The notes under the pieces: model-generated
The model's database searches: none
Seen by the model: the letters and a program-made list of their open reading frames with translations, nothing else
Told to the model about the DNA's origin: nothing
Assembly (NCBI GenBank): GCA_965224025.1
Contig: OZ245033.1
Coordinates: 3,712,001-3,776,000 of the forward strand
Direction: 5' to 3'
DNA: 64,000 nt
DNA from: Candidatus Multivorans sp.
Lineage (GTDB): Bacteria > Acidobacteriota > Thermoanaerobaculia > Multivoradales > Multivoraceae
Part shown: piece by piece, positions 20,062 to 29,233 of the stretch
How positions within the stretch are numbered: the first letter of the stretch is position 1
Layout: each line of letters begins with the position of its first letter
Made by a program: the position numbers and the translations under genes

Positions 20062-20086
20062 CCCCAACGAAGCCGGCGCTACACGC

Positions 20087-20185
20087 CGGATGCGGGCAGG
20101 ATGCCCGCGTTTCATCCGTGCGCCCGATGACGGGCGTACGGAGTGGGTCGCGGGTGGCGCGGATCGCGCCACCCGGGTTCCCAGG
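20087..20185 (+). repeat. REP-like palindromic repeat family A
   Basis: GCGGGCaggatGCCCGC, CCGTGCGCCCGatgaCGGGCGTACGG and CCCGGGTTCCCAGG modules; between convergent genes. Confidence 0.8.
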
Positions 20186-20194
20186 ACTGCGGCC

Positions 20195-21331
20195 TTAGTT
20201 CGCGGCGCGGAACGCCAGCATGAAGTCGCGCAGGCGCTCGACGCCTTCGATGGGCATCGCGTTGTAGGCGGAGATGCGCAAGCCGCCGACTGAGCGGTGG
20301 CCCTTGATCGACATCAGATCCCGCTCGGCCGCGCCGGCGACGAACGCCTCTTCCAGCTCGGGTCGGCGAAGCCGGAAGGTCACGTTCATATGCGAGCGGC
20401 TTTCCCGCTCGGCGTGGGCAACGAAGAAGTCGCCGCCGTCCCGGTCCAGCACGTCGTAGATCGTCGCGCTCTTCGCGGCCGCCCGGACGGCCGCGGCCTC
20501 CAGACCGCCGACCTCGTCACGCAGCCAGCGCGTCATGAGGAGGAACACGTAGACACCGAACACGTTCGGGGTGTTGAGCCGCGACCCCTTCGCCGCCTGG
20601 CGGCGGTAGCTGAGCATCGAGTGGAGGTCGTCGCCGCAGCGTTCAAGCAGGCGATCCGAAACGACGACGACGGTCAGCCCCGAGGGCCCGGCGTTCTTCT
20701 GGGCGCAGGCGTAAAGCAGGCCGAACTCGCGCACACAGGCGGGGCGCGACAGGAAGTCGGACGACACATCGCACACCAGCGGCGATTCCCCAACCGCGGG
20801 CGGGCGGCGGAACTGGACGCCCTGGATCGTCTCGTTCGAGGTGTAGTGCACGTAGGCCGAGGCCGGCGGCAGATCGAGTTCCGCGTCATCAGGCACACGC
20901 ACGAAGTTGTCGCCCTTGCCGTCCCAGGCCACGTGGACCTCGCCCTCGCGCGCCGCTTCGACCGCCGCCTTGCTGCCCCAGGCGCCGGTCAGGATGTAGC
21001 TCGCCGGCAGGTCCTGACCGCGCAGCAGGTTGATCGGGATCATGGAGAACTGCAGCGAGGCGCCGCCCTGCAGAAACAGCACCTTGTAGTCGTCCGGGAC
21101 GGCGAGCAGCTCGCGCAGGTTGGCCTCCGCTTCGGCCAGGATCGCGTCGAACGCCGGCGAACGGTGACTGATCTCCAGGACGGAACTGCCGGCGCCTGGA
21201 AGCGCGAGCAGGTCGCGCTGGATTTCCTCAAGGACCGGCATTGGAAGCACCGCCGGTCCCGGCGAGAAGTTGAAGACACGCTGCTCCCGTCTCTGCTGCG
21301 CGGAAGGCTGTCGATCGAGAGTCAAGGTCAT
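20195..21331 (-). CDS. serC: Phosphoserine aminotransferase
   Basis: FNFSPGPAVLP, EISHRS, FLQGGASLQF, NETIQG, AQKN (PLP Lys) and GHRSVGGLR motifs. Confidence 0.96.
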   Translation of the reverse strand: MTLTLDRQPSAQQRREQRVFNFSPGPAVLPMPVLEEIQRDLLALPGAGSSVLEISHRSPAFDAILAEAEANLRELLAVPDDYKVLFLQGGASLQFSMIPINLLRGQDLPASYILTGAWGSKAAVEAAREGEVHVAWDGKGDNFVRVPDDAELDLPPASAYVHYTSNETIQGVQFRRPPAVGESPLVCDVSSDFLSRPACVREFGLLYACAQKNAGPSGLTVVVVSDRLLERCGDDLHSMLSYRRQAAKGSRLNTPNVFGVYVFLLMTRWLRDEVGGLEAAAVRAAAKSATIYDVLDRDGGDFFVAHAERESRSHMNVTFRLRRPELEEAFVAGAAERDLMSIKGHRSVGGLRISAYNAMPIEGVERLRDFMLAFRAAN

Positions 21332-21387
21332 GGCTGGTGTCCGTATGGTTGCCCAACCCGGGGCGGTCAGGGAGGCGAATCGTAACC

Positions 21388-21527
21388 CGGATGCGGGCGA
21401 GACGCCCGCGTGCCATCCGTGCACCCGCTAACGGGCGCACGAAGTGGTTCGCGTGTGGGCGCGATCCCCGTACCATCCGTGCTCGGCGCACGAGTGGTGT
21501 GCGGATCGGCCCACCCGGGTTCCCAGG
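21388..21527 (+). repeat. REP-like palindromic repeat family A (with partial internal duplication)
   Basis: CGGATGCGGGCGAGACGCCCGC..CCATCCGTGC (twice)..CCCGGGTTCCCAGG. Confidence 0.75.
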
Positions 21528-21547
21528 GCCGTTGTACGCTTCCGCGC

Positions 21548-23698
21548 ATGACGGTCGCCGATCCGACTCCACCCCAGGCGCCGGTGACCACCCTCCACCA
21601 CACCGCCTGCACGCTGGACTGCCCCGACTCCTGCTCGCTCGAGGTCGAGGTCCAGGACGGCCGGGTCGCCAAGGTTCGGGCGGCGCCGCCGGATGTCGCG
21701 CACCCGCTGACGAGCGGTTTCATCTGCTCCAAGGTCGGGCGCATCTCGCGCCACCTCTACGGCGAGGACCGCCTGCTTCACCCGGCGCGTCGCGTGGGAG
21801 CGAAGGGCGACGCCGCCTTCGAGCGCATCTCCTGGGAGGAGGCCCTGGACCTGATCGTCTCGCGCATGAAGGAGGCCAAGGCGGCCTTCGGCGGCGAGTC
21901 CGTCCTGCCGGTCAGCTACGGCGGATCGAACGGCCTGATGACCCAGGACACGGCCGACGCCATCCTGTTCCGCCGCTTCGGCGCCTCGGGGCTGGCGCGC
22001 AACGTGTGCGCGGCGCCCAGCACCGCCGCCGCGCTCGGCCTCTACGGCAAGATGGCGGGCGTCGCCCTCGAGGACTACGAACACGCCTCGCTCGCCATCG
22101 TCTGGGGCGCCAACCCGTCCTCCACCGGCATCCACCTGGTGCCGATCCTGCGCACGATGCAGGCGCGCGGCGGCAAGCTCGTCGTCGTCGATCCCCGCCG
22201 CACGCCGCTGGCAAAGAAGGCCGATCTGCACCTGCAACCGAACCCCGGCACCGACCTGTGCCTGGCCCTCGCGCTTCACCGTGAGCTGTTCCGGCGCGGC
22301 GACGCCGACCTCGACTTCCTGGCCGAGAATGCAACCGGCGCCGAAGAGTTGCGGCAACGCGCCGAACCCTGGACCTTCGCCCGCGCGGCCGAGACCACGG
22401 GCATTCCGGAAGCGGACATCGCCCGCTGCTACGAGTGGTACAGCACGTCGTCGCCGGCGGTCATCCGTTGCGGCTGGGGTGTCGAGCGCAACCGCAACGG
22501 CGGCTCGGCCGTGGCGGCGATCCTCGCCCTGCCGGCGGTGGCCGGGAAGTTCCAGGTCCGCGCCGGCGGCTACACGATGAGCAACAGCGGCGCCTTCCGC
22601 AACGTGGGCTGGCGCGAGCCCTCGCCCGGCGCCCGGATCGTGAACATGAACCACGTCGGCCGGGTGCTGACCGACCCGGATGCGATAGAGGGACCACCGG
22701 TCAAGGTGCTGTTCGTCTACAACGCGAACCCGCTCGCCACCCTGCCGAACCAGGAACTGGTACGGCGCGGTCTGGAGCGGCACGACCTGTTCACGGTCGT
22801 CTTCGATCAGGTCCTGACCGACACCGCCCGCTACGCCGACCTGGTGCTGCCCGCGACCACCTTCCTCGAGCACCACGACCTCGCGATGGGCTACGGCGCG
22901 ATGGTGCTTCACGCAACGAAGCCGGTCGCGCTACCGGTCGGCGAAGCGCGATCCAACAACCGGGTGTTCGGCGACCTGGCGGACCGCCTCGGCCTGCTGC
23001 GTCACGTCGATCCTCGCTCCGAAACGGAGTGGACGCAGGCGATCCTGGGCCGGGAACTGGCGCAGCGGCTCGTCGATGAGGGGTTGGTGGCGCCGCGAAC
23101 CGGCCGCCGTCCCATCCAGTTCGTCGATGCCTTCCCCCACACCGGGGACCGCAAGGTCCACCTCTGCCCGCGGTCCCTCGACGCCGAGGCGAGCAACGGG
23201 CTCTACGCCTTCCATGCCGCGCCGGACGCGGAGCGCTACCCGCTGACCCTCATCTCGCCCTCCGTACCGCAGACGGTCAGTTCGACCTTCGGGCAGCTAC
23301 GGCCCGGCGACGTGCCGCTCGAGATGCACCCAAGCGACGCCGCCGCTCGCAATCTGGGCGCTTTCGCTGCGGAACGCAGCGGAGCAAGTTCCAAGGCGGA
23401 AGGTCCCAGTGAGGACGGGATGGGCCGAAACTCCGAGCCTGCGAGGCGTTTCGGGGCGCTCGATGAGGGACACAGGCCGCGGGTGCGCGTGTTCAACGAC
23501 TACGGCGAGGTGCGCTGCCGTCTGCGCCTCAACCCGGACCTCAAACCCGGCGTGACGCTGCTGCCCAAGGGCGTGTGGTTCCGGAGCACCGAGTCCGGCA
23601 CCAACGCCTGCGCCCTGGCCCCGGATACGCTGACCGATATCGGCGCCGGCGCCTGCTTCAACGACGCCCGGGTCGAGGTCGAGGCGCTGGCCGACTGA
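21548..23698 (+). CDS. Molybdopterin (bis-PGD) oxidoreductase, cytoplasmic single-subunit type
   Basis: ACTLDCPDSC..FICSK Fe-S motif, FERISWEEALD, WGANP, VVVDPRRT, TDTARYADLVLPA, MHPSDA; no Tat signal. Confidence 0.9.
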   Translation: MTVADPTPPQAPVTTLHHTACTLDCPDSCSLEVEVQDGRVAKVRAAPPDVAHPLTSGFICSKVGRISRHLYGEDRLLHPARRVGAKGDAAFERISWEEALDLIVSRMKEAKAAFGGESVLPVSYGGSNGLMTQDTADAILFRRFGASGLARNVCAAPSTAAALGLYGKMAGVALEDYEHASLAIVWGANPSSTGIHLVPILRTMQARGGKLVVVDPRRTPLAKKADLHLQPNPGTDLCLALALHRELFRRGDADLDFLAENATGAEELRQRAEPWTFARAAETTGIPEADIARCYEWYSTSSPAVIRCGWGVERNRNGGSAVAAILALPAVAGKFQVRAGGYTMSNSGAFRNVGWREPSPGARIVNMNHVGRVLTDPDAIEGPPVKVLFVYNANPLATLPNQELVRRGLERHDLFTVVFDQVLTDTARYADLVLPATTFLEHHDLAMGYGAMVLHATKPVALPVGEARSNNRVFGDLADRLGLLRHVDPRSETEWTQAILGRELAQRLVDEGLVAPRTGRRPIQFVDAFPHTGDRKVHLCPRSLDAEASNGLYAFHAAPDAERYPLTLISPSVPQTVSSTFGQLRPGDVPLEMHPSDAAARNLGAFAAERSGASSKAEGPSEDGMGRNSEPARRFGALDEGHRPRVRVFNDYGEVRCRLRLNPDLKPGVTLLPKGVWFRSTESGTNACALAPDTLTDIGAGACFNDARVEVEALAD
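23363..23460. repeat. Family C palindromic element inserted in frame in the oxidoreductase CDS
   Basis: First 38 nt match 11169-11206 at 31/38; stems GGAAC..GTTCC and CCGAAAC..GTTTCGG. Confidence 0.7.
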
Positions 23699-23706
23699 GC
23701 CAAGAC

Positions 23707-24678
23707 GTGGATTCGAGAGTCCTGCTCGCAGTGAGCGCCCTGATCTGCGTCCCGGCAGTACGCACGGTCGAGGCCGCCGATGAAGGAGCGGAAGACGACG
23801 CCGTGACGCCTCCTTCCAAGATCGTCATCGCCCACCGCGGCGCCAGCGGATACCTGCCCGAGCACACCCTGCCGGCCTACGCCCTCGCCCACGGCATGGG
23901 CGCCGACTTCATCGAGCCGGACCTGGTGCTCACGCGCGACGGCCATCTCATCTGCCTCCACGACATCTACCTGCAGGCGACCACGAACGTCGAGCAGCTC
24001 TTCCCCGACCGCGCCCGCCACGACGGCCGCTGGTACGCGGCCGACTTCACGCTCGAGGAGATCCGCCGGCTTGAGGCCGAGGAACGCCTCGACGGCCGGT
24101 TCCCGAAGGGCGCCAGCCGGTTCGCCGTACCCGCCTTCACCGAGATGATCGAACTGGTCCAGGGCCTCAACGAACGCACCGGCCGCAACGTCGGGATCTA
24201 CCCCGAGCTCAAGGCCGCGGCCTGGCACCGCGCCGAGGAACTGCCGATGGAGGAACCGCTGCTCGAAGTCCTCGGCCGCTACGGCTACCTCGAAGACGGC
24301 GCGCCGGTGTTCGTCCAGAGCTTCGAGGAGGACAACCTGAGACGTCTGCGCGCCCTCGGATCCGAACTACGCCAAGTGTTCCTGATGGCCGAGGTCGAGC
24401 AGTACCGGCATTTCCTGAGCGCCGAGGGCATCGCCGGCATCACCGGGTTCGCCACCGGAATCGGACCGGCGAAGACCATGCTAGAGCGGCAGCCGGAACT
24501 GATCGGCTGGGCCCACGACGCGGGCCTCACCGTCCATCCCTACACCTTCCGTGCGGACCAGGTGCCCGACCGCGACGAAAGCCACGAGGCGGAACTCCGC
24601 CGCTACCTGTTCGACCTCGGCGTCGACGGCGTGTTCACCGACTTCCCGGATCGGGCGCGGGCGGTTCTGGACCGCTAG
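23707..24678 (+). CDS. glpQ: Glycerophosphodiester phosphodiesterase
   Basis: IAHRGASGYLPEHT, IEPDLVLTRDG, IYPELK, VQSF, VHPYTFR and DGVFTDFP motifs; signal peptide. Confidence 0.92.
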   Translation: MDSRVLLAVSALICVPAVRTVEAADEGAEDDAVTPPSKIVIAHRGASGYLPEHTLPAYALAHGMGADFIEPDLVLTRDGHLICLHDIYLQATTNVEQLFPDRARHDGRWYAADFTLEEIRRLEAEERLDGRFPKGASRFAVPAFTEMIELVQGLNERTGRNVGIYPELKAAAWHRAEELPMEEPLLEVLGRYGYLEDGAPVFVQSFEEDNLRRLRALGSELRQVFLMAEVEQYRHFLSAEGIAGITGFATGIGPAKTMLERQPELIGWAHDAGLTVHPYTFRADQVPDRDESHEAELRRYLFDLGVDGVFTDFPDRARAVLDR

Positions 24679-25885
24679 GGGCTTGCGCGGCAGAAACTGG
24701 GGGCGCCGGCGTCCCCGCCGGCGTCCGGCGCGAAGCACCGGCCTCCGGTGGTACTGCCGCGCTGGTGCCACTCAACTCCAGTTCCGCCCGGCGCGCTGCC
24801 GGCGCCAGCCCCGCCAGCCGCTCCACCTCGGCGTAGAAGGACGGGAAGTTCCCGCCGGAAGCCTCCAGCAGGGCAAAGAACGCGGGTACGAGATCGTTGT
24901 AGGTGGCCACCGAGACCAGGTCCGCGTTGTTGAGCCGCGACAGCCATCCCCCCAGATCCGACTCGCCGACGCCGCCGTTCCCCGCAGCGCGCCAGGCGGG
25001 GACCAGCTCACGCCGGTAGCGCGCGGCAAGCGACCGGAACACTTGGGCCTTCAGCGCGAGTTTCCGTTGGTCGCTGTCCTCGCTCCGGTAGATCGTCGCC
25101 AGCTCCTCCCGAACCTCCACCAGGAACCGGTTCAGCTCGCGCCGGCGCTCACGACCCCGCTCGAAAGCCTCGAGTTCGTCGCTCCGGCCCAGCGAGCGCA
25201 GCCACCGGCGCACGCCGGCGACTTCGACCGCGGTGGCAAACGACTCGTTGAAGGCGCTGTCGTCCTTGACGTAGGCGACCTGGTGCGCGAGTTCGTGGAA
25301 GATCAGAGCCGCCAAGTCGGCGTCGGCGTAGTCGAGAAACGTGTTGAGCACCGGATCGGCGAACCAGCCCAGAGTCGAGTATGCGGCCACGCCGCCGATG
25401 CGCACGTCGTAACCCTCCGCGGTCAGCCGGTCTCCGTGGCGCCGGGCCGCCCGCTCGTCGAAGTAGCCGCGGTAGGTCGCGCAACCGGCAAACGGATAGC
25501 ACCAAGTCTTCGGTTCCAGGCTCAACTCCGGTGCGGCCACAACGTTCCACACCGCAAACGGGCGGCCGAGGTCGGCGAAACTCCGATAGCTCCTGTTCTC
25601 CGGCAGCGCGAGTTCCCGGCTGGCGAAGTCACGAATCTCGACAGCCAGACGCAGTCGCTCCCGGGTGGCGGCGGAAAGTACCTCCGCGCGCCCCGGCTCC
25701 AGCAGACGGTCGATCGACCGCCGTTTGACCAGCACTCCGGCGCCGCCCCAAACCGCCTGAGAGTAGTAGCGAACACTGCCGCAACTTGCCACCAGGACCG
25801 CCAGAACGAGGGCGATGGCGACCGCCAAGAACCGCTTGCGGACGGGAGTTCGCCGAGATCTCCGCGTGCTACCCTGCCTAGTCAT
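24635..25885 (-). CDS. Predicted zinc aminopeptidase lipoprotein (DUF2265-like)
   Basis: Lipobox VASC; WCYPFAGCATYRGYF, AYSTLGWFADP, HELAH and FNESFA motifs. Confidence 0.85.
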   Translation of the reverse strand: MTRQGSTRRSRRTPVRKRFLAVAIALVLAVLVASCGSVRYYSQAVWGGAGVLVKRRSIDRLLEPGRAEVLSAATRERLRLAVEIRDFASRELALPENRSYRSFADLGRPFAVWNVVAAPELSLEPKTWCYPFAGCATYRGYFDERAARRHGDRLTAEGYDVRIGGVAAYSTLGWFADPVLNTFLDYADADLAALIFHELAHQVAYVKDDSAFNESFATAVEVAGVRRWLRSLGRSDELEAFERGRERRRELNRFLVEVREELATIYRSEDSDQRKLALKAQVFRSLAARYRRELVPAWRAAGNGGVGESDLGGWLSRLNNADLVSVATYNDLVPAFFALLEASGGNFPSFYAEVERLAGLAPAARRAELELSGTSAAVPPEAGASRRTPAGTPAPPVSAAQAPSGPEPPAPDPGSR

Positions 25886-27101
25886 GAAACTCGCGCTTCA
25901 CTGGCAGGTACTGATCGGAATGGCGGCGGGGCTGTGCTTCGCCCTGGTCTTCGGCGATGTGACCTGGATCACCTGGGTGGCGGATCTCTTCATGCGTCTG
26001 CTCCGGATGGTCATCGTGCCCCTGATCTTCACCTCGATCGTCCATGGCGTGTCCGGCATCGGCGACGGCAGGTCGATCGGCCGCCTGGGCGGCAAGACCC
26101 TCCTCTGGTACGCGCTAAGCAGTTTCATGGCGATCCTGGTCGGCCTGATGCTGGCCAACAGCATACGTCCCGGCAGGGGTCTCGTCATGCCCGAAGGCGT
26201 GGACCGCCTGACACCGGACGACCTGCAGACCCCGGGCTCGATGGCGGACATCATCCAGCGCCTGGTCCCGGACAACCCGGTCGGCGCCGCGGCCGCCGGC
26301 GACATCCTCGGGCTCATCTTCTTCTCGATCGTGCTCGGCGCCGCAATCGGCGTGATGCGCGGCGCAACGGGCGACCTGCTCCGGCAGGGCTTCAGCGCCG
26401 GCTTCGAGGCGATGATGAAGGTGACCACCTGGGTCATCCGTCTGCTGCCGATCGGCGTCTTCGCCCTTCTCGCCCGCGCCGTCAGCCAGATGGGCCTCGA
26501 CGTGTTCCAGCAGGTCGGCAAGTACATGTTCACGATTGCGGCCGGGCTCACGCTTCACCTGTTCGTCGTCCTGCCGCTGCTGTTCAGCCTGCTGACGCGC
26601 AAGAACCCGGTCCACCACTACCGGGCGATGGCTTCCGCCATGGCGATGGCGTTCTCGACCAGTTCTTCGGCGGCCACCCTGCCGATGACGATGAAGTGCC
26701 TGCGGGAAAAAGTCGGCGCCTCGAACCGGGTGACCAGCTTCGTCACGCCCATGGGCGCCACGGTCAACATGGACGGCACGGCGCTGTTCGAGTGCGTCGG
26801 CGCTCTGTTCATCGCCCAGGCGCTGGGGGTCGAACTCTCGTTCTACACCCAGTTGGTCGTCGTGCTGACCGCGCTCCTCGCCTCGGTCGGCGCCGCCGCG
26901 ATTCCTTCGGCAGGCCTGGTGATGATCTTCATCGTGCTCGAAGCGATCGACCTGAACACGCCCGAGGCCTACGCCCTGGCCGGCCTGATGCTCTCGGTCG
27001 ACCGTCCGCTCGACATGTTCCGGACGATGGTCAACATCACCTCCGACTCGGTCGGCGCCGCAGTGATCGCGAAGTCCGAAGGCGAGGAGCTGAAATACTG
27101 A
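25884..27101 (+). CDS. Dicarboxylate/amino acid:cation symporter (DAACS, GltP-like)
   Basis: AFSTSSSAATLP, GATVNMDGT, DRPLDMFRTMVN motifs; multiple TM helices. Confidence 0.95.
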   Translation: MKLALHWQVLIGMAAGLCFALVFGDVTWITWVADLFMRLLRMVIVPLIFTSIVHGVSGIGDGRSIGRLGGKTLLWYALSSFMAILVGLMLANSIRPGRGLVMPEGVDRLTPDDLQTPGSMADIIQRLVPDNPVGAAAAGDILGLIFFSIVLGAAIGVMRGATGDLLRQGFSAGFEAMMKVTTWVIRLLPIGVFALLARAVSQMGLDVFQQVGKYMFTIAAGLTLHLFVVLPLLFSLLTRKNPVHHYRAMASAMAMAFSTSSSAATLPMTMKCLREKVGASNRVTSFVTPMGATVNMDGTALFECVGALFIAQALGVELSFYTQLVVVLTALLASVGAAAIPSAGLVMIFIVLEAIDLNTPEAYALAGLMLSVDRPLDMFRTMVNITSDSVGAAVIAKSEGEELKY

Positions 27102-27140
27102 GGTGACGGAGACCGCCGCCGACCCCGGCGAGGCGTAGCG

Positions 27141-27238
27141 CGGATGCGGGCAGGATGCCCGCCTGCCATCCGTGCGCCCGATGACGGGCGCACGGAGTGG
27201 TTCGCGCGTGGCGCGGGCGCGCCACACGGGTTCCCAGG
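27141..27238 (+). repeat. REP-like palindromic repeat family A
   Basis: Perfect stem CCGTGCGCCCG-ATGA-CGGGCGCACGG plus flanking modules; between convergent genes. Confidence 0.8.
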
Positions 27239-27260
27239 TCAGGTCGTAGTGCGGCGTAGC

Positions 27261-28097
27261 TCAGGCACGCAACGTGGCGTAGCGGTCGAGCCGCGGCAAG
27301 GCCGTATCCCGGCCCTCCGGCGGCAGCGGCAGGATGACGCGGTCGACGCCGAGTTCGGCATAGGCGTCGAGCACGTCCTGCTGCGGCGGCGCGCCGAAGA
27401 CGCTGACCTGGATCGACTCGACGGCGCGGACGGCCCGCTCGGCGCGCCGCTTCAGGTCCTTGATGCCCGCCAGCACGGCCTCCGTCGAACGGCCGATCGG
27501 CAGCCATCCGTCGCAGAGATCGACCACCCGCTGGCGCGTGTGGCCGGTGCCTCCGCCGAGCACGATCGGCGGATGGGGCTTCTGCTCCGGCTTCGGCCAC
27601 GACCAGATCGGCTCGAAGTCGACGTGGCGGCCGTGGAACTCCGCCTCGTCCTCGGTCCAGATCGTCTTGAACGCGGCCACCTGCTCCTCCAGCCTGGCGA
27701 AGCGGGTCGTGTAGTCCGTGCCGTGGTGCTCCATCTCCTCCCGGTTCCAGCCGCCGCCGATGCCGAATACGAAGCGGCCGCCCGACAGCACGTCGAGACT
27801 CGCCACCGCCTTCGCCGTGGTGATGGTGTCGCGCTCGATGATCAGGCAGATGCCGGTGCCGAGCCTGATCGTGTTCGTGCTCATCGCGGCCGCGGTGAGC
27901 GCGACGAACGGATCGTGCGATCGGGAGTACTCCGGCGGCAGCTCGCCGCCGCCCGGGAAGGGCGTGCGCCGCGAGGTGGGAATGTGGGTGTGCTCGGGAA
28001 ACCAAAGAGACTCGAAACCGCGTGCCTCGACTTCCGTGCCGAGTTCGTCCGGTCGAATCGCGTCGCCGGTGGGAAACATGAAGATGCCGATGTCCAT
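27261..28097 (-). CDS. LLM-class (probably F420-dependent) oxidoreductase, Rv2161c-like
   Basis: GFESLWFPEHTHIP, DPFVAL, RLGTGI, LDVLSGGRFVFGIGGGWNREE and PKPEQKPHPPI motifs. Confidence 0.88.
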   Translation of the reverse strand: MDIGIFMFPTGDAIRPDELGTEVEARGFESLWFPEHTHIPTSRRTPFPGGGELPPEYSRSHDPFVALTAAAMSTNTIRLGTGICLIIERDTITTAKAVASLDVLSGGRFVFGIGGGWNREEMEHHGTDYTTRFARLEEQVAAFKTIWTEDEAEFHGRHVDFEPIWSWPKPEQKPHPPIVLGGGTGHTRQRVVDLCDGWLPIGRSTEAVLAGIKDLKRRAERAVRAVESIQVSVFGAPPQQDVLDAYAELGVDRVILPLPPEGRDTALPRLDRYATLRA

Positions 28098-28119
28098 GGC
28101 GGCGGATTGTAGCGGCAGG

Positions 28120-28431
28120 TCGCCGGCCGCGCGCGGCCCGGCCCCGGGCGGCGTCATCCACCGCCCCCACGCCTCGACCTGGATCCGTTCACGGCCGGCC
28201 AGCGCGCGCAGATCGGCCTGCGTACCCTGCGCGATCAGGGTGCCTTCGTGGAGGACGAGGATCGAATCGCAGGTCTCGTGGAACCTCCCGAAGATGGTGC
28301 GATGACGTGAACACCGTCCGCTCGCCGGCGAGCGACCGCACGAGCTCCCGCATGCCAACGATCTCGGCCAGGTCGAGCGACGACGCCGGCTCGTCCAGCA
28401 GTACGACCTCAGGCTCGTGCAGGACGCTCAT
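28120..28431 (-). pseudogene. ABC transporter ATP-binding protein, C-terminal fragment (frameshifted)
   Basis: VVLLDEP (Walker B), SSHHLREV (H-loop), then CDSILVLHEG in another frame; Walker A is missing, IS remnant abuts. Confidence 0.7.
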
Positions 28432-29184
28432 GGCCCCGGCCGGTCTTTGAGGGCGGCGATGGTCACGCCGGTCTGAGGTACTGCTCGACTTCGGGCAGGG
28501 ACCTGAGCTTCTCGAACGGAGTCATCACATCTCGGTGGCGGTAGCGTTTCCCGTGCCCCTTTTGTCGGTGACTTCGGTCGAGAACAGGCAGGGGCGGTGG
28601 AAGTTGAGGAAGGGCGAGAGCGTGTCGCGGGCGAAGACGTTGACTTCGCGGGCGAAGGGCTTGGGGATACGAGGCAACGCTGCGAGATGCCGCGCACCGT
28701 CGCCACATGCTCCCACTGCGTCACCTCGTCCACAAGGTTGACGTGGTACACGCCCTTACAGCCGTCCCGGTCCCCCTGGTGCACCGTGTCGACGGGCAGG
28801 AAGCCCGGCCGACCCTTCGGCTTGGGCTTGTGGCGCTCGCCGAGCGAAACCGCAGTGGCCGAGTCTCCTTGAACGTGGTGCGGCAGCGCCGGTAGGTCAT
28901 GGACTTGCGCAGGTTGTAGAACTGGCCGTTGGAGACCCCGGCCAGACGCTCGAAGCGCTCGTCGCCGTAGTCCTCGTGCATCCGCCGCATCACGGCGCAC
29001 GTGGCGTGCCCGCACAGTTGGCCCAGCGCCTCGTTGCCCGACAGGAAACTGCGAATCTCGCCAAGGTCTGAAGTCGGCGTGTCTGGAGCGTCACGATCAT
29101 CCTCCGATGATCCCTGAACCTCAACCACTCACGCTCACCTCTCGTTGGATTGACGCCACACGCTCACGCTCACTTCTCGTTGGA
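28428..29184 (-). mobile_element. Degenerate insertion sequence (integrase-core DDE transposase fragments) with end repeats
   Basis: Fragments in several frames: GRPGFLPVDTVHQGD..VNLVDEVTQWE, LSPFLNFHRPCLF, MTPFEKLRSLP; 22-nt direct repeats at 29128 and 29163. Confidence 0.75.
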
Positions 29185-29233
29185 CAGCGCTTCCAGTAGG
29201 CCGCCCCAATCGCCACGGGTAGACTCGCGCACC

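Noticed and set aside
23356-23460. GGGCGCT direct repeat as target-site duplication of the in-frame element
   Set aside because: The 98-nt spacing is not a multiple of three, and a GC-rich 7-mer is likely by chance.
21548-23698. Mo oxidoreductase as the catalytic partner of the NxrC-like protein
   Set aside because: It has no Tat signal, is a short cytoplasmic type and lies over 30 kb away.
24635-24780. Pro/Ala-rich aminopeptidase tail overlapping the glpQ 3' end
   Set aside because: Likely a neutral stop-codon extension in GC-rich DNA; no motif.
29128-29184. 22-nt direct repeats as a mini CRISPR
   Set aside because: Only two units with a 13-nt gap next to a transposase remnant; better explained as IS end repeats.
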